Shown here: piece after piece, positions 39,522 to 49,049 of the stretch
How positions within the stretch are numbered: the first letter of the stretch is position 1
Layout: each line of letters begins with the position of its first letter
Source: an uncultured Spirochaetales bacterium
Lineage (GTDB): Bacteria; Spirochaetota; Spirochaetia; DSM-27196; CAZFLD01
Direction: 5' to 3'
Assembly (NCBI GenBank): GCA_964519835.1
Contig: CAZFLD010000006.1
Span: forward strand, 1-64,000
Length of the DNA stretch: 64,000 nucleotides
Notes under the pieces: model-generated
Database searches by the model: none
What the model was told of the DNA's origin: nothing
What the model saw: only the letters and a program-made list of their open reading frames with translations
Made by a program: the position numbers and the translations under genes

Positions 39522-40295
39522 ATGGACGAACTACCTATTTACTACTATTTGTCGATTTTTCCACTCGAAGCCTTGATCTCGTCGCAGTTGGCGCCGGAGC
39601 AGTTCGGCCAATACATGGCGGCCGGTCAGCGCAAGGGCTCGTACGAGCGGATTATGTTTATCGAGATCGACGGCGGCTTTGGGTCTGAGTTTGATTGGAA
39701 GTGGGCCGAAGGGCGAACCGTTCGCCATCCCGACGGCGCTCCAAAACACTCGGTTTGGCTGTCGGTGTATCGCACGCTCGAGCATGTTCCGCCGGAGAAA
39801 CTGGGCAAACTGTATCTGACCACCCAGGACGGCCGCTCGTTGGCACTCGAGAAATCCGAGTATACAGCGCCACCGTCCCGGGACTACTACGTCTACCAGG
39901 AGATCTGCCCGATTACGCCGCTGGTCGTGAGCAACCTCGATCCAAAGGGATTTGCGGCACATATGACCACCGTAGAGAGCAAGGTTCACGTGCCCAAGCT
40001 CGCCTTTGCCGACGTCAAGGTAGTGAACTTCGACGACCTGGAGACCACCGGCAACATCGGCGCGATCTACGACAAAAACATCGATCACTTAAAAGAGTGC
40101 ATTCGAGCGGTGGTGGGGAACACGGAAAAGCCAAACAAAAACCTCGAACGATCAACGGGATCATTCTCCTATCAGATCATCAACAACGGGGTGTATGTCG
40201 GATCCAAGAGCGAGATTGTGATGTACAACATGCCTTCGGTGTCTGAGATCAGACAGCACTACTACGATTGGGGTCGCTCCGCGCTGATCATCTAA
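39522..40295 (+). CDS. Hypothetical protein, no signal peptide and no recognised domain.
   Basis: 257-aa ORF with ordinary composition. It is followed by a tandem repeat, a promoter and a terminator. Confidence 0.4.
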   Translation: MDELPIYYYLSIFPLEALISSQLAPEQFGQYMAAGQRKGSYERIMFIEIDGGFGSEFDWKWAEGRTVRHPDGAPKHSVWLSVYRTLEHVPPEKLGKLYLTTQDGRSLALEKSEYTAPPSRDYYVYQEICPITPLVVSNLDPKGFAAHMTTVESKVHVPKLAFADVKVVNFDDLETTGNIGAIYDKNIDHLKECIRAVVGNTEKPNKNLERSTGSFSYQIINNGVYVGSKSEIVMYNMPSVSEIRQHYYDWGRSALII

Positions 40296-40505
40296 GATCT
40301 CACGACCGGAACGCAACCCAGCCACAAGGCGTCGGGATTGCCGGCCACAAGGCGTCGGGATGGCCAGAGGCTTCGTTCGCGCAAGTTTGGATATTCTTCC
40401 ACGCTTGCGCTATTATTTGCATACCGGGCGGAAGATCGATGTACAGGAGAGGCATCGGTTGTGTCCAAACGGTGGACCGTCCTTCCTGGACCTCCTTGGG
40501 TTTAA

Positions 40506-40537
40506 GAGCTCCTCGTAAATCGAGGGGCTCTTTTTTT
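40506..40537 (+). terminator. Rho-independent terminator.
   Basis: gagctcctcg-taaat-cgaggggctc is a 10-bp stem with one G-U pair, followed by ttttttt. Confidence 0.6.
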
Positions 40538-40707
40538 ATTCCGAGATCTTTTTTGCCTTACAGAGCCGTCCTTTCTTTTTGCTGACGGCCCCGCACTTTT
40601 TGCACCTATATCGCCCCGGTTTTTCCTTGCTCTCCGACTTGCCCTTTAGACAGCCCATACATTCACCCTCCGCAGTCCGGTGCTCACAATATGCTCAGAG
40701 GTTTCCG

Positions 40708-41721
40708 CTAGATCAGGTCCGGTCGCTTGATGTACTCGTCGCTTCGTAGAAGCATACGAACGTATTGGGCGCGGCGGTAGGTCCACTTGTCGTCGGCACG
40801 GTTGACGCTGAGCTTTCCTCGAAAGTCGTCCACACTCTCGTAGCCCTTGCGCTCCATCCACTCGGTCAGCTCACTGAGCATCGTCGCGACAACCGCGGGT
40901 CCATTTTTGTACACCGTGCTGACACACTGAAAGACATCGGCGCCGGCAAGTAGCACTTCCGCGGCGTCGCCGCCGGTATGCACGCCGTTCGAGGCGCACA
41001 GGCTGCCTTTGACGTTGCCCGCAAGCAGTCCTACAAACCGTAGCGCCATCCGATGATCGTTGGGGCTCGAGAGGTTAAACGGGAAATCGGCTTTTTCCTT
41101 TTCGATGTCGAAGCTCGGATGAAAAAGCCGGTTAAAAAGCACAAATCCGTCCACGCCGGCCTTGTCCATGTTGCTGATGAATTCAAGTGGGCTCGTGTAG
41201 AAGGGGCTCAGCTTAACCGAAACCGGAATCTTGACTTTCGCCTTTACATCTTCGAGCGCCCTGATCTGCGCCTTCTCGATTGCGTCCGCGCTCTGATCAA
41301 AGTGGACCGGAACGGCGAAAAAGTTCAGCTCCAGGGCGTCCACGCCGGTTTCCTCGAGCTTTAACGCCCACTCCACCCACGTATCGTGCTCAACGGCGTT
41401 TAGGCTCGCAATCACCGGGATCCCAACGGCCTCCTTGGTTTTCTGCACCCACATGAGGTGCTCCTCAGGGCCGGCATGCCGGGCTTCCGGGAAGATGTTG
41501 GTCATCTCCGCGTGCCAGTCGTCGTAGAGCTCCAAGTCCTGATCGAGCTTGTGCCGCTGGAGTTGGATTTGCTCTTCGAAGAGCGATTGAATCACAAACG
41601 CTCCCGCGCCGTGATCTTCTATTTTTTTTATGGCATCCATGTGCGCCGTAAGGCTGCACGCGCCAACCACAAGAGGATTCTTTAGCTCAATGCCCATGTA
41701 TTGCGAGGTGAGGTTTGCCAT
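40708..41721 (-). CDS. Dihydroorotate-dehydrogenase-like / dihydropyrimidine-dehydrogenase-like TIM-barrel flavoprotein.
   Basis: MGIELKNPLVVGACSLTA...GAGAFVIQSLFEE...LNFFAVPVH...VSVKLSP...LFNRL.... Looks like class-1 DHOD. Confidence 0.55.
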   Translation of the reverse strand: MANLTSQYMGIELKNPLVVGACSLTAHMDAIKKIEDHGAGAFVIQSLFEEQIQLQRHKLDQDLELYDDWHAEMTNIFPEARHAGPEEHLMWVQKTKEAVGIPVIASLNAVEHDTWVEWALKLEETGVDALELNFFAVPVHFDQSADAIEKAQIRALEDVKAKVKIPVSVKLSPFYTSPLEFISNMDKAGVDGFVLFNRLFHPSFDIEKEKADFPFNLSSPNDHRMALRFVGLLAGNVKGSLCASNGVHTGGDAAEVLLAGADVFQCVSTVYKNGPAVVATMLSELTEWMERKGYESVDDFRGKLSVNRADDKWTYRRAQYVRMLLRSDEYIKRPDLI

Positions 41722-41812
41722 GACAAGCTCCTTATGAATTTCGTGACCAGGATTTGTAGGTATGGCCCATCATAAGGAGCGACGGCCAAACCGTCAACGC
41801 GACGCCGGCGGC

Positions 41813-43111
41813 TCAGCATTTGAGCTCTACGTTGATGTCGCCGGAAACGGTAGAAAGGCGCAGAAGTAGCTCACCGCCCGGGTCGACTTCACCATCCACC
41901 TCCACGTCGCCCGCGGTGGAAGTCAGCTCGAGGCGCCGATTCGAGTCGGGGACCTCAATGTTGATGTCACCACTCACCGTAGATCCGTTTAACAAACCGG
42001 CCACGTTCTCGAGCCGGACATCGCCTGAGAGGCTCGTAAATGTCACGGCATCGGCCAGGTCACCACCTTTGATGTCCCCACTTTTGGTCGTAAGGCGCGT
42101 CGCGCCGGCAATACGTTCGCATCTCACATCACCCGAATAGCTCTCGGCAGTGAGGGCGCCGGCGACATCTTTAACCTCTATGGACCCACTCTTGCTCTCG
42201 GCGGAGACGTCGCCGGTAATGCTCGTACAGGTGATGTTGCCGGATGCCGAGCCGGCATAAACGGCACCGGTGCCCTCGACGGAGATGTCGCCGCTTTTGT
42301 TGACAAGGGCAACCGGGAGGTCCGACGGCAGGCGAATCTCGATGTCCGCCCGGAGCCGTCGTTTTAGGTCACCGGGATCTACGCCGACCGCGAGAGCCGA
42401 ACCGTTCCGCACAACTCGCAGGGAGACCTCGTCGACCAGCCGGCGAGCGTTCTCGTCTGTGTCGCCAAAGGCGATGACCTCCGCAGCAACCTCGATTGTG
42501 TCACCGCTTCGCCCCACCACCTCGAAATCACCCCACGCACACTCAACGGAGATCCTCTCGATTCCGTCGGTGGACTCGGAGGCGGACAGCGTTTTCTCCG
42601 CCTGATGATTCCCAAAGGCTCGCTTGAGCTCACCCTCAATATCGATATGGATATCTTTGATGTCCTCCGGCACGGATTCTAGAGCCGATCGAACCGTTTC
42701 CTTGACCGAGTCCACGGTGGCACGGATGCTCTCCTTGAGTCCGCTTATGTCCCAGAAAACACCGCCCCCGGAGCGGCGCCTCTGCTTGCCCGACTCTCCG
42801 TCGCCCGCCGCTTCTCGGTCGCCTAACCCGGCATCGTTCGAACCGCTGTCATCCGCAGTGGACGATCGGCGGCCGTTGGAGGTGGTTTCCGGCCGCTTGG
42901 ACGGAGCGGGTCGGTCCGGCGGCACCGGATCCTCAGGCGCAACCCGCCCGGTCTGTGGCTCCTCCTGCCGGGCCCGGCCCTCCGACGGCGCGTGGTCGAA
43001 GCCCGGCTCCTTGCCTTCCTCGTCCAAGACCTCGAGGAGTGCTTCCGCCTCCTCGAGACTGATCTTCTCATCCTTTAGCATTCTCAGGATCATCGACCGT
43101 TCTTCACTCAT
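41813..43111 (-). CDS. DUF4097-family beta-strand repeat protein (putative adhesin/stress protein) with an N-terminal helical region.
   Basis: The N-terminus is a coiled helical segment (ILRMLKDEKISLEEAEALLEVL). The C-terminus has SGD(I/V)xxE repeats (SGDISVEG, TGDVSAES, SGDVRCER, SGDIKGGD, SGDVRLEN, SGDINIEV). Overlaps the upstream gene by 4 nt. Confidence 0.6.
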   Translation of the reverse strand: MSEERSMILRMLKDEKISLEEAEALLEVLDEEGKEPGFDHAPSEGRARQEEPQTGRVAPEDPVPPDRPAPSKRPETTSNGRRSSTADDSGSNDAGLGDREAAGDGESGKQRRRSGGGVFWDISGLKESIRATVDSVKETVRSALESVPEDIKDIHIDIEGELKRAFGNHQAEKTLSASESTDGIERISVECAWGDFEVVGRSGDTIEVAAEVIAFGDTDENARRLVDEVSLRVVRNGSALAVGVDPGDLKRRLRADIEIRLPSDLPVALVNKSGDISVEGTGAVYAGSASGNITCTSITGDVSAESKSGSIEVKDVAGALTAESYSGDVRCERIAGATRLTTKSGDIKGGDLADAVTFTSLSGDVRLENVAGLLNGSTVSGDINIEVPDSNRRLELTSTAGDVEVDGEVDPGGELLLRLSTVSGDINVELKC

Positions 43112-43497
43112 CGCCCTTCTCCCGTCTTAGCTCCGCTGCGCGTTAGCTCTTTTAACGCCGCCAAGGCCTCGTGATGTGTTATCTCCCGATTTTCGAGCGC
43201 CTTTAGAATATCACGACGCTCTTCACCCTCCGTACCAAAACCCATGGCGGCGATAAGCCTGTCGAGGCGACTGCGAACCGTAGGATAGCTGATGCCGAGC
43301 TCCCGCTCCACATCTTTTATGCTACCCCGGCACTTGATAAAAACCTCCGCAAAGGCCACGTGCTCCGGCGGCAGAAGCGCCAATCGAGAGGTTGTGAAGT
43401 GCCCCTCTATCGTTGTGCCACAGGTGTGGCACGTTAGTTTGCTAATCTCGAAGTTTGCCGCGCCGCAGGCAGGGCATCGAGAAACACGCCATTCCAT
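43108..43497 (-). CDS. DUF2089-family protein (zinc ribbon plus HTH).
   Basis: The start was chosen at MEWRVSRCPACGA...CHTCGT (C4 ribbon) with GGAGG upstream. The HTH-like part is ...VERELGISYPTVRSRLDRL. Confidence 0.6.
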   Translation of the reverse strand: MEWRVSRCPACGAANFEISKLTCHTCGTTIEGHFTTSRLALLPPEHVAFAEVFIKCRGSIKDVERELGISYPTVRSRLDRLIAAMGFGTEGEERRDILKALENREITHHEALAALKELTRSGAKTGEGR

Positions 43498-43681
43498 ACT
43501 GCCTCCAGAAACAATATTAACTGCAGACATTAAATAAATCAATGATCAACACAATATACCTTGATTTTATTGCTTACAGTTTGTATTTCGCCCAAGGCTC
43601 GGCTTGCCGCGAGCGCGCAAATCCCGTAGGATGGCTTCGACACCACGCAAAAACACCGTCGACCTTGGCCAATAGAGAGGA

Positions 43682-44857
43682 GTGTCCATGTCAACAGAAA
43701 TCGAGTCCTTGTTGTCGGAGATCAAGGACTACGAAACCCGTGTTGGCGATCTGGTTGAGGTTATCCTGACAAACCTCGTTATGATCGCCGAGGTTCCGTC
43801 GCCGACCTTCCACGAAGAACGTCGCGCCCGGTTTCTGCTCGATCGATTCAACGAGTACTCCCTGCAGAACGTTTCCACGGATGAGGCGGGGAACGCCCTC
43901 GGCATCGTGCCGGGCACCGACGGCAGCAGGAGCATTCTGGTGGTGGCCCACATGGACACCGCCTTTCCAGAGTCGGTCGACCACACCATGACGATCCAGC
44001 CGGGGTACTTGCTTGGCGTGGGCGTGGGAGACGACAGTTTGGGTCTTGCGGCCGTTGCCTCACTGCCCCACATCTTGGGCGCGCTCGGCATTACCCTGGA
44101 TTCGAACCTGATACTGATGGGTTCGGCGCGTAGTCTGGGAAAGGGAAACATCGAGGGCATCCGCTTTTTCCTCAACAACAAAGAGATCACGGTTGACGCC
44201 GGGGTGTGCGTAGAAGGGGTCAGGCTGGGCAGGCTCAGCTACTCTTCGCTCGGCATGTTTCGCGGTGAGATTGTCTACCGAGTTCCGGAGGAGTACGACT
44301 GGACACGGTTCGGGGCGGCCGGCGCCATCGTCAACATAAACGAAGTCATCAACAACATTTTGGAAATTCCAATACCGCGACGGCCAAGAACGACTATCGT
44401 CTTGAACTCGATCGAGGCCGGTGCCTCTTTTAACACGGTTCCCACACAGGCGGTCCTCCAATTCGAGGTCAGAAGCGAGAGCGCGGACATGGCACGTGAA
44501 CTAGAAGGGGAGATCGGCAATATCGCCGCGGAGGTATCGAGTCGAACCGGCGCCGACGTCGAGTTCAACATATTCGCGCGACGAGAACCGGGGGGCATCT
44601 CCTTCGGACACCCCCTCGCCGAAAACGCCCGCGCTATTCTGGATGCCCTGGGAATAAACCCGCGGATCAGCCCAAGCACCTCGGAGCTGTCGGCCTTTAT
44701 CGACAAGCGGATCCCGGCCGTGACCGTTGGTCTGACAAACGGTGAGTCCCTGAACGAGGAGAACGAGCGGTTGGAAATCGAACCGATCGGCAAGGGCATG
44801 GCGCAGCTTCTCGGCCTAATCCTATCCATCGACAGGGGTCAGATCGATGAACATTGA
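43682..44857 (+). CDS. M20/M42-family metallopeptidase-like protein.
   Basis: ...ILVVAHMDTAFPE...GVGVGDDSLGLAA... carries metal-binding H-x-D and Asp motifs. Length 391 aa. Confidence 0.55.
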   Translation: MSMSTEIESLLSEIKDYETRVGDLVEVILTNLVMIAEVPSPTFHEERRARFLLDRFNEYSLQNVSTDEAGNALGIVPGTDGSRSILVVAHMDTAFPESVDHTMTIQPGYLLGVGVGDDSLGLAAVASLPHILGALGITLDSNLILMGSARSLGKGNIEGIRFFLNNKEITVDAGVCVEGVRLGRLSYSSLGMFRGEIVYRVPEEYDWTRFGAAGAIVNINEVINNILEIPIPRRPRTTIVLNSIEAGASFNTVPTQAVLQFEVRSESADMARELEGEIGNIAAEVSSRTGADVEFNIFARREPGGISFGHPLAENARAILDALGINPRISPSTSELSAFIDKRIPAVTVGLTNGESLNEENERLEIEPIGKGMAQLLGLILSIDRGQIDEH

Positions 44858-45872
44858 TACATGGCTCAAGGCAAACACCTTCCACCATTCCGAGTTCAAG
44901 GACCTTCGTGAGCTGGTGGAGCGCAAAGAAGCACTGGGACTGAAAATCTCGTTGTGTTTACCCACACTCAACGAAGGAAATACCATCGGTAAAGAGGTCG
45001 TTATATTTCGGTCGGAGTTGATGCAACGGTACCCGCTCCTTGACGAGATCGCCGTGATCGATTCGGGGTCTACCGACGAGACCCTCGAGATCGCAGGAAG
45101 CTTTGGGGCGGACACCTATCTCGCGGCGGACATCTTGCCGGATCTGCCGGCGAATCGAGGCAAGGGCGAAAATCTGTGGAAGGCCATCTACCAGCTCAAC
45201 GGGGACATCATCGTATACATCGACGCCGACATAAAAAACATCCACCCGCGTTTTGTCTACGGCCTTGTCGCGCCTCTGATATACCGAGACGAGATTAGCT
45301 ATGTAAAGGCGTTTTACGACCGGCCGTTGGCCTTCTCGGACGGTGTGCGGCCTTCCGGCGGCGGCAGAGTCACTGAAATCCTGATTCGTCCCCTCTTTTC
45401 GCTGTTTTTCCCGGAGCTCACGGCAATCATCCAGCCGCTCTCAGGTGAGTATGCGGTCAGGCGAGAGGTCCTGGAGGCCATCCCCTTCCCCATCGGCTAC
45501 GGCGTAGAGACGAGTCACCTCCTCGACGTCTACGAGCGATGGGGGCTCTCGGCGTTCGCACAGACAGACCTCGATCAGCGCGTGCACAGAAATCAGGAAA
45601 CAAGAAGCCTGGGCAAGATGGCTTTTGGCATCCTCCAGACCTTCCTCTCCCGCGTGCAATCCCTCGAGATCGTGCCGACCCTGCCGGAGCTCAACGTCGT
45701 GCTCAGACAGTTCCAAGCTGTCAACGAAGACTTCGAGATGGTAGAGTATGAGATTCGCGAGCTCGAGCGCCCCCCGATGATCGAAATCCCCGCGTACCGC
45801 AAGAAAATGACAAGCACGGGGCGGGAACTGCCGGCCCTCGAGGAAGACAAACGAAGAAGAGTTGCAAAGTGA
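44847..45872 (+). CDS. gpgS: GT81-family glycosyltransferase, glucosyl-3-phosphoglycerate synthase-like. A mannosyl-3-phosphoglycerate synthase function is equally possible.
   Basis: From memory, the blocks match mycobacterial GpgS closely: LPTLNE..TI, VIDSGSTDET, GKGE.LW, IDADI.N.HP, AFYDRPL, GGGRVTEIL.RPL, QPLSGEYA..REVL, PF..GYGVE, AQ.DL..R.HRNQ. Confidence 0.7.
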   Translation: MNIDTWLKANTFHHSEFKDLRELVERKEALGLKISLCLPTLNEGNTIGKEVVIFRSELMQRYPLLDEIAVIDSGSTDETLEIAGSFGADTYLAADILPDLPANRGKGENLWKAIYQLNGDIIVYIDADIKNIHPRFVYGLVAPLIYRDEISYVKAFYDRPLAFSDGVRPSGGGRVTEILIRPLFSLFFPELTAIIQPLSGEYAVRREVLEAIPFPIGYGVETSHLLDVYERWGLSAFAQTDLDQRVHRNQETRSLGKMAFGILQTFLSRVQSLEIVPTLPELNVVLRQFQAVNEDFEMVEYEIRELERPPMIEIPAYRKKMTSTGRELPALEEDKRRRVAK

Positions 45873-46726
45873 TCGAATTCAAAAACGTAAGTTTTTTCTA
45901 CCCGCCCCCCGAGACCAGCATCGACCCGGACGCAGGCCTTGGCACGGCGGAGAATGCCGCCGTCGAGCGCCCGGAAGCCGTCCAAGCGGTCTTCGCCGAC
46001 TTGACAATAGACCTCCCGTCCGGCGTCGCGTCGGTCGTCGGCGAGAACGGCATCGGCAAGTCGACACTTATGCTCCTCGCGGGCGCCCGACTCTTTCCAG
46101 CCGAAGGAACCATCTTGATCAACGGCTTGGACACCAAACGATTTGCCGACGCCGCCATAGACCCGGAGGTGGAAGAAGAGCGCAATCGTCTTGTTTCGTT
46201 TGTGTACCAGAACCTCGAGTTCGAGACAAAAGAGCCTATCGGCACCTTGATGGAGATTATCGTGGACAACGGCAACCTCGAATTCGACACCACGGGCCTT
46301 ATCACAGATCTCCGCCGCGAGCTGGAACTCGACGGTTTCCTCGGTCGAAAGACCCAGGAGCTCTCCAAGGGTCAATTGCAGCGCGCCATCATCGCCTTTA
46401 GTTTGCTCTACGGCTCGAACATTGTGATGATGGACGAGCCGGTTTTTGCGCTCGAAGAGCCACAGAAGGACCGGGCCCTTGGGTTTCTTCACGACTACGC
46501 CACGGGCAACGGTGTTGATCTGTACTACTCGGTCCACAACCTCGACCTCAGCCGGAAGTACGCGGACCAATCGGTGCTTATAGGCAAAGACAAAACCATC
46601 CTGTTTGGCCCGGCGGATGAGGTGCTGACACGTGAGCACGTCGAGGCGGCCTACCAGGTGCCGTTCGACACGCTCTACCGTCGCGACAGCCTGTATCGTG
46701 AGCTACTCAATCGGCGACTGACATAG
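45869..46726 (+). CDS. ABC-type ATPase with no adjacent permease.
   Basis: GTG start overlapping the upstream stop (GTGA). Walker A GENGIGKSTL, signature LSKGQLQRA, Walker B IVMMDEPVFALE. Confidence 0.7.
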   Translation: MIEFKNVSFFYPPPETSIDPDAGLGTAENAAVERPEAVQAVFADLTIDLPSGVASVVGENGIGKSTLMLLAGARLFPAEGTILINGLDTKRFADAAIDPEVEEERNRLVSFVYQNLEFETKEPIGTLMEIIVDNGNLEFDTTGLITDLRRELELDGFLGRKTQELSKGQLQRAIIAFSLLYGSNIVMMDEPVFALEEPQKDRALGFLHDYATGNGVDLYYSVHNLDLSRKYADQSVLIGKDKTILFGPADEVLTREHVEAAYQVPFDTLYRRDSLYRELLNRRLT

Positions 46727-46809
46727 CCGGCCAAAGTTGTACACCTGTGGTTGGCTCGGCTCCCCCGCGTCAGGCTATGGGTCAATCGCCGGCGTTGGGC
46801 CGCGGCCGT

Positions 46810-49023
46810 CTATGAGGCGTCGTCCGGCCGGTCGCGCTCGGCGAGAATCGCCGCCGCTACGCAGAGAAATACAAACCGCGGTCGGTCGAGGAGCGCCGTG
46901 GCCCCACACGCCTCGGCGATCGCGGATACGGCCTTTGCAGACAGGATCCCGGCGACCCGCTCTTCGAGTACCGCGGCAATCAAGCGGCGGGCGTCGGCGT
47001 CGCCGCCTATGATCCGGCCGGCAAGTCCGAGAAACGCTGCCGCTCGATCGGCCCCGAGCCGGTCGGCCTCGGAATCGAGGTATTGGAGACCCTCATGTTC
47101 ATTGGCGAGAAATCGACGATATAAAGGGAAAAACCGGGCCTCGATCCCCAGAATCCCGGAAATCGACACGATTATCTCCTCTCCGAGATAGGAATCCAGG
47201 GGCTGCCGTCCGAGGAGGTCGAGGAGCACCGGCGTCGAAGCGGCACTCTCCAAAATGCGAAGTGCCACCACGCCGTGGAGCAGAAGCCGGGGATTCTCGG
47301 AGACCCTGAGGAGAAGCTCGATTTCCTTAATGCTGCCTCGGTCGCCAATCTTCGCCAGAGACAGGACACTTTCGCCGGCCAAAAGATAGTCCTCGGACCG
47401 CAGCGTCTCGCGGAGCAGGCTTTTTGCCTCGGTAACGTCACGGTCACCGAGGATACGAGCCGCGATATGCGCGGTCGTAAAGACCTGGGTTTTGACAACT
47501 CGCATCAACGCCTTGGTCATGGCGGTCGTAACCGGCATTGCCTGGAGAGTTCCAAGGGCTTCCAACCGTATGAGGTAGCTCGGTGACTCGAGGCGGTAGA
47601 GCACGTCGTCCACGGAGATCTCGGCGCCGGTTTTCCTCAATCGCCGAAGGACCGTCCGCTCTTCGTGGATTCCACCGGTTTTGTCGAGGCGCTGCACCAG
47701 GTTGATAGCGCGGAGGTCACGCACGCTAAAGATGACCGACAGAGCACTCCTCACCGAAACCGAGCCGAGGCGGTTGATTCGCGACATCGTGATGATGACA
47801 AAAAGCAACAGGATTCCGCCGACGGCGAAAAAAAGTCGGTAGACATCGCTGGTCGAAAGAGTTGTAGTCGATGAGAGAAATTCGATAACAATGCCCGCAA
47901 CCGGTGATCCCAGGCTCCCCCCGATCCCAAGCGTCACAAAATACAAGATGCCCATGTTGACCGCTTGCTCGGGTCGTACAAGAGAGTAGAAGTAGGATTG
48001 AGAAGCATTCTCACCGCCGGTCGAGCCAAAGGCGGATACAAAAAACACCGCGCCTACAAAAAAGTAGAGAACGGGCGGGGCCACCGGCGGGATTGCCGCC
48101 ACTGCCACGAGACTCACAAAAAAGACCGACACAAATATCAGGATAAGCGGCTTTGCACCCAGACGATCGAGCACGACTTGCGCGATAAGGCCCATCAAAA
48201 TCGCACCGAGATTGGCGACAACAGTAAAAAGCATCGCCACGCCGTCGGAGACAAAAAAGACCTCTTTGATGTAGACAATCAAAAAGGGTCTGACCATCCC
48301 GAGGACAAAGCTGTACGCGCCAAAGGACAACAAAAAGCGGCGGGTGTTTTTGTCTCCGAGCGCCGTGCGCCCACCCTCGAGGAGGCCCGTGCGCGCGCTT
48401 TCCTTTGCATTTGCGGGTTCCGGTAAGGCAAATATCAACCCCGTAGCCGCAAAGCCAAACGCAAGGCCGATGCCAAAGATCACTATGTACCGCGAGGTGG
48501 GCGCCTCCGGACCGACAAAGAGCGCGATTGCGATACTTGTGACAATCGCGACGGTCTGCACGAGGATGGCAAAGCCGGACAGAAAGGTGCCTCGGTCACG
48601 CCCGGAAGAAAGCGCGTTGAGGACAGGACTCTGGCCCACGATCCCAAATCCGCGAAAAATGTTGAATCCCGCCACACCGATCATCGCAAGCACTATGGGG
48701 ATAACGGCCCGACCGGCAAGGAAGACTGGAGTAACCAGGATCGGAGCCATCGCCAGATAGCGGAATAACCATCCCAGGCCAAAGGTCTTCACCACGCCGG
48801 CACGGCGAACCCACGCCTTGCCGGGAATCATAAAAAAGAAGGAGATGTACAAGAAGGCGGAGGCGATGCCGATCACCGACGGCGTCGCGCCGAGTCGGAT
48901 CAGATAGAGAGTTACCAGGTTTCCGGAGAGCAGGAGAAAGGAGAACGAGTTGAATACAGCAAAAAGGTAAAACGTTCTCCGGCCGCGGCGCTTATGCGAA
49001 AAAGAAAGAGGTTCTCCGGACAC
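46810..49023 (-). CDS. MFS-type transporter fused to a C-terminal HEAT/armadillo-like repeat domain.
   Basis: The first ~400 aa are polytopic membrane protein. The last ~330 aa are a soluble alpha-helical repeat region (…LIRLEALGTLQAM…AARILGDRDVTEAKSLL…SLAKIGDRGSIKEI…GVVALRIL…). Confidence 0.55.
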   Translation of the reverse strand: MSGEPLSFSHKRRGRRTFYLFAVFNSFSFLLLSGNLVTLYLIRLGATPSVIGIASAFLYISFFFMIPGKAWVRRAGVVKTFGLGWLFRYLAMAPILVTPVFLAGRAVIPIVLAMIGVAGFNIFRGFGIVGQSPVLNALSSGRDRGTFLSGFAILVQTVAIVTSIAIALFVGPEAPTSRYIVIFGIGLAFGFAATGLIFALPEPANAKESARTGLLEGGRTALGDKNTRRFLLSFGAYSFVLGMVRPFLIVYIKEVFFVSDGVAMLFTVVANLGAILMGLIAQVVLDRLGAKPLILIFVSVFFVSLVAVAAIPPVAPPVLYFFVGAVFFVSAFGSTGGENASQSYFYSLVRPEQAVNMGILYFVTLGIGGSLGSPVAGIVIEFLSSTTTLSTSDVYRLFFAVGGILLLFVIITMSRINRLGSVSVRSALSVIFSVRDLRAINLVQRLDKTGGIHEERTVLRRLRKTGAEISVDDVLYRLESPSYLIRLEALGTLQAMPVTTAMTKALMRVVKTQVFTTAHIAARILGDRDVTEAKSLLRETLRSEDYLLAGESVLSLAKIGDRGSIKEIELLLRVSENPRLLLHGVVALRILESAASTPVLLDLLGRQPLDSYLGEEIIVSISGILGIEARFFPLYRRFLANEHEGLQYLDSEADRLGADRAAAFLGLAGRIIGGDADARRLIAAVLEERVAGILSAKAVSAIAEACGATALLDRPRFVFLCVAAAILAERDRPDDAS

Positions 49024-49049
49024 CGCTCAAGGATACAGAGGGCCGTGCC

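Noticed and set aside
40321-40366. CRISPR-like repeats.
   Set aside because: Only two 23-bp copies, with no spacer structure. Nothing CRISPR-like elsewhere in the window.
40268-40585. 105-aa + ORF spanning the tandem repeats, promoter and terminator.
   Set aside because: It reads through a strong intrinsic terminator and a promoter. It was treated as non-coding (sRNA candidate) instead.
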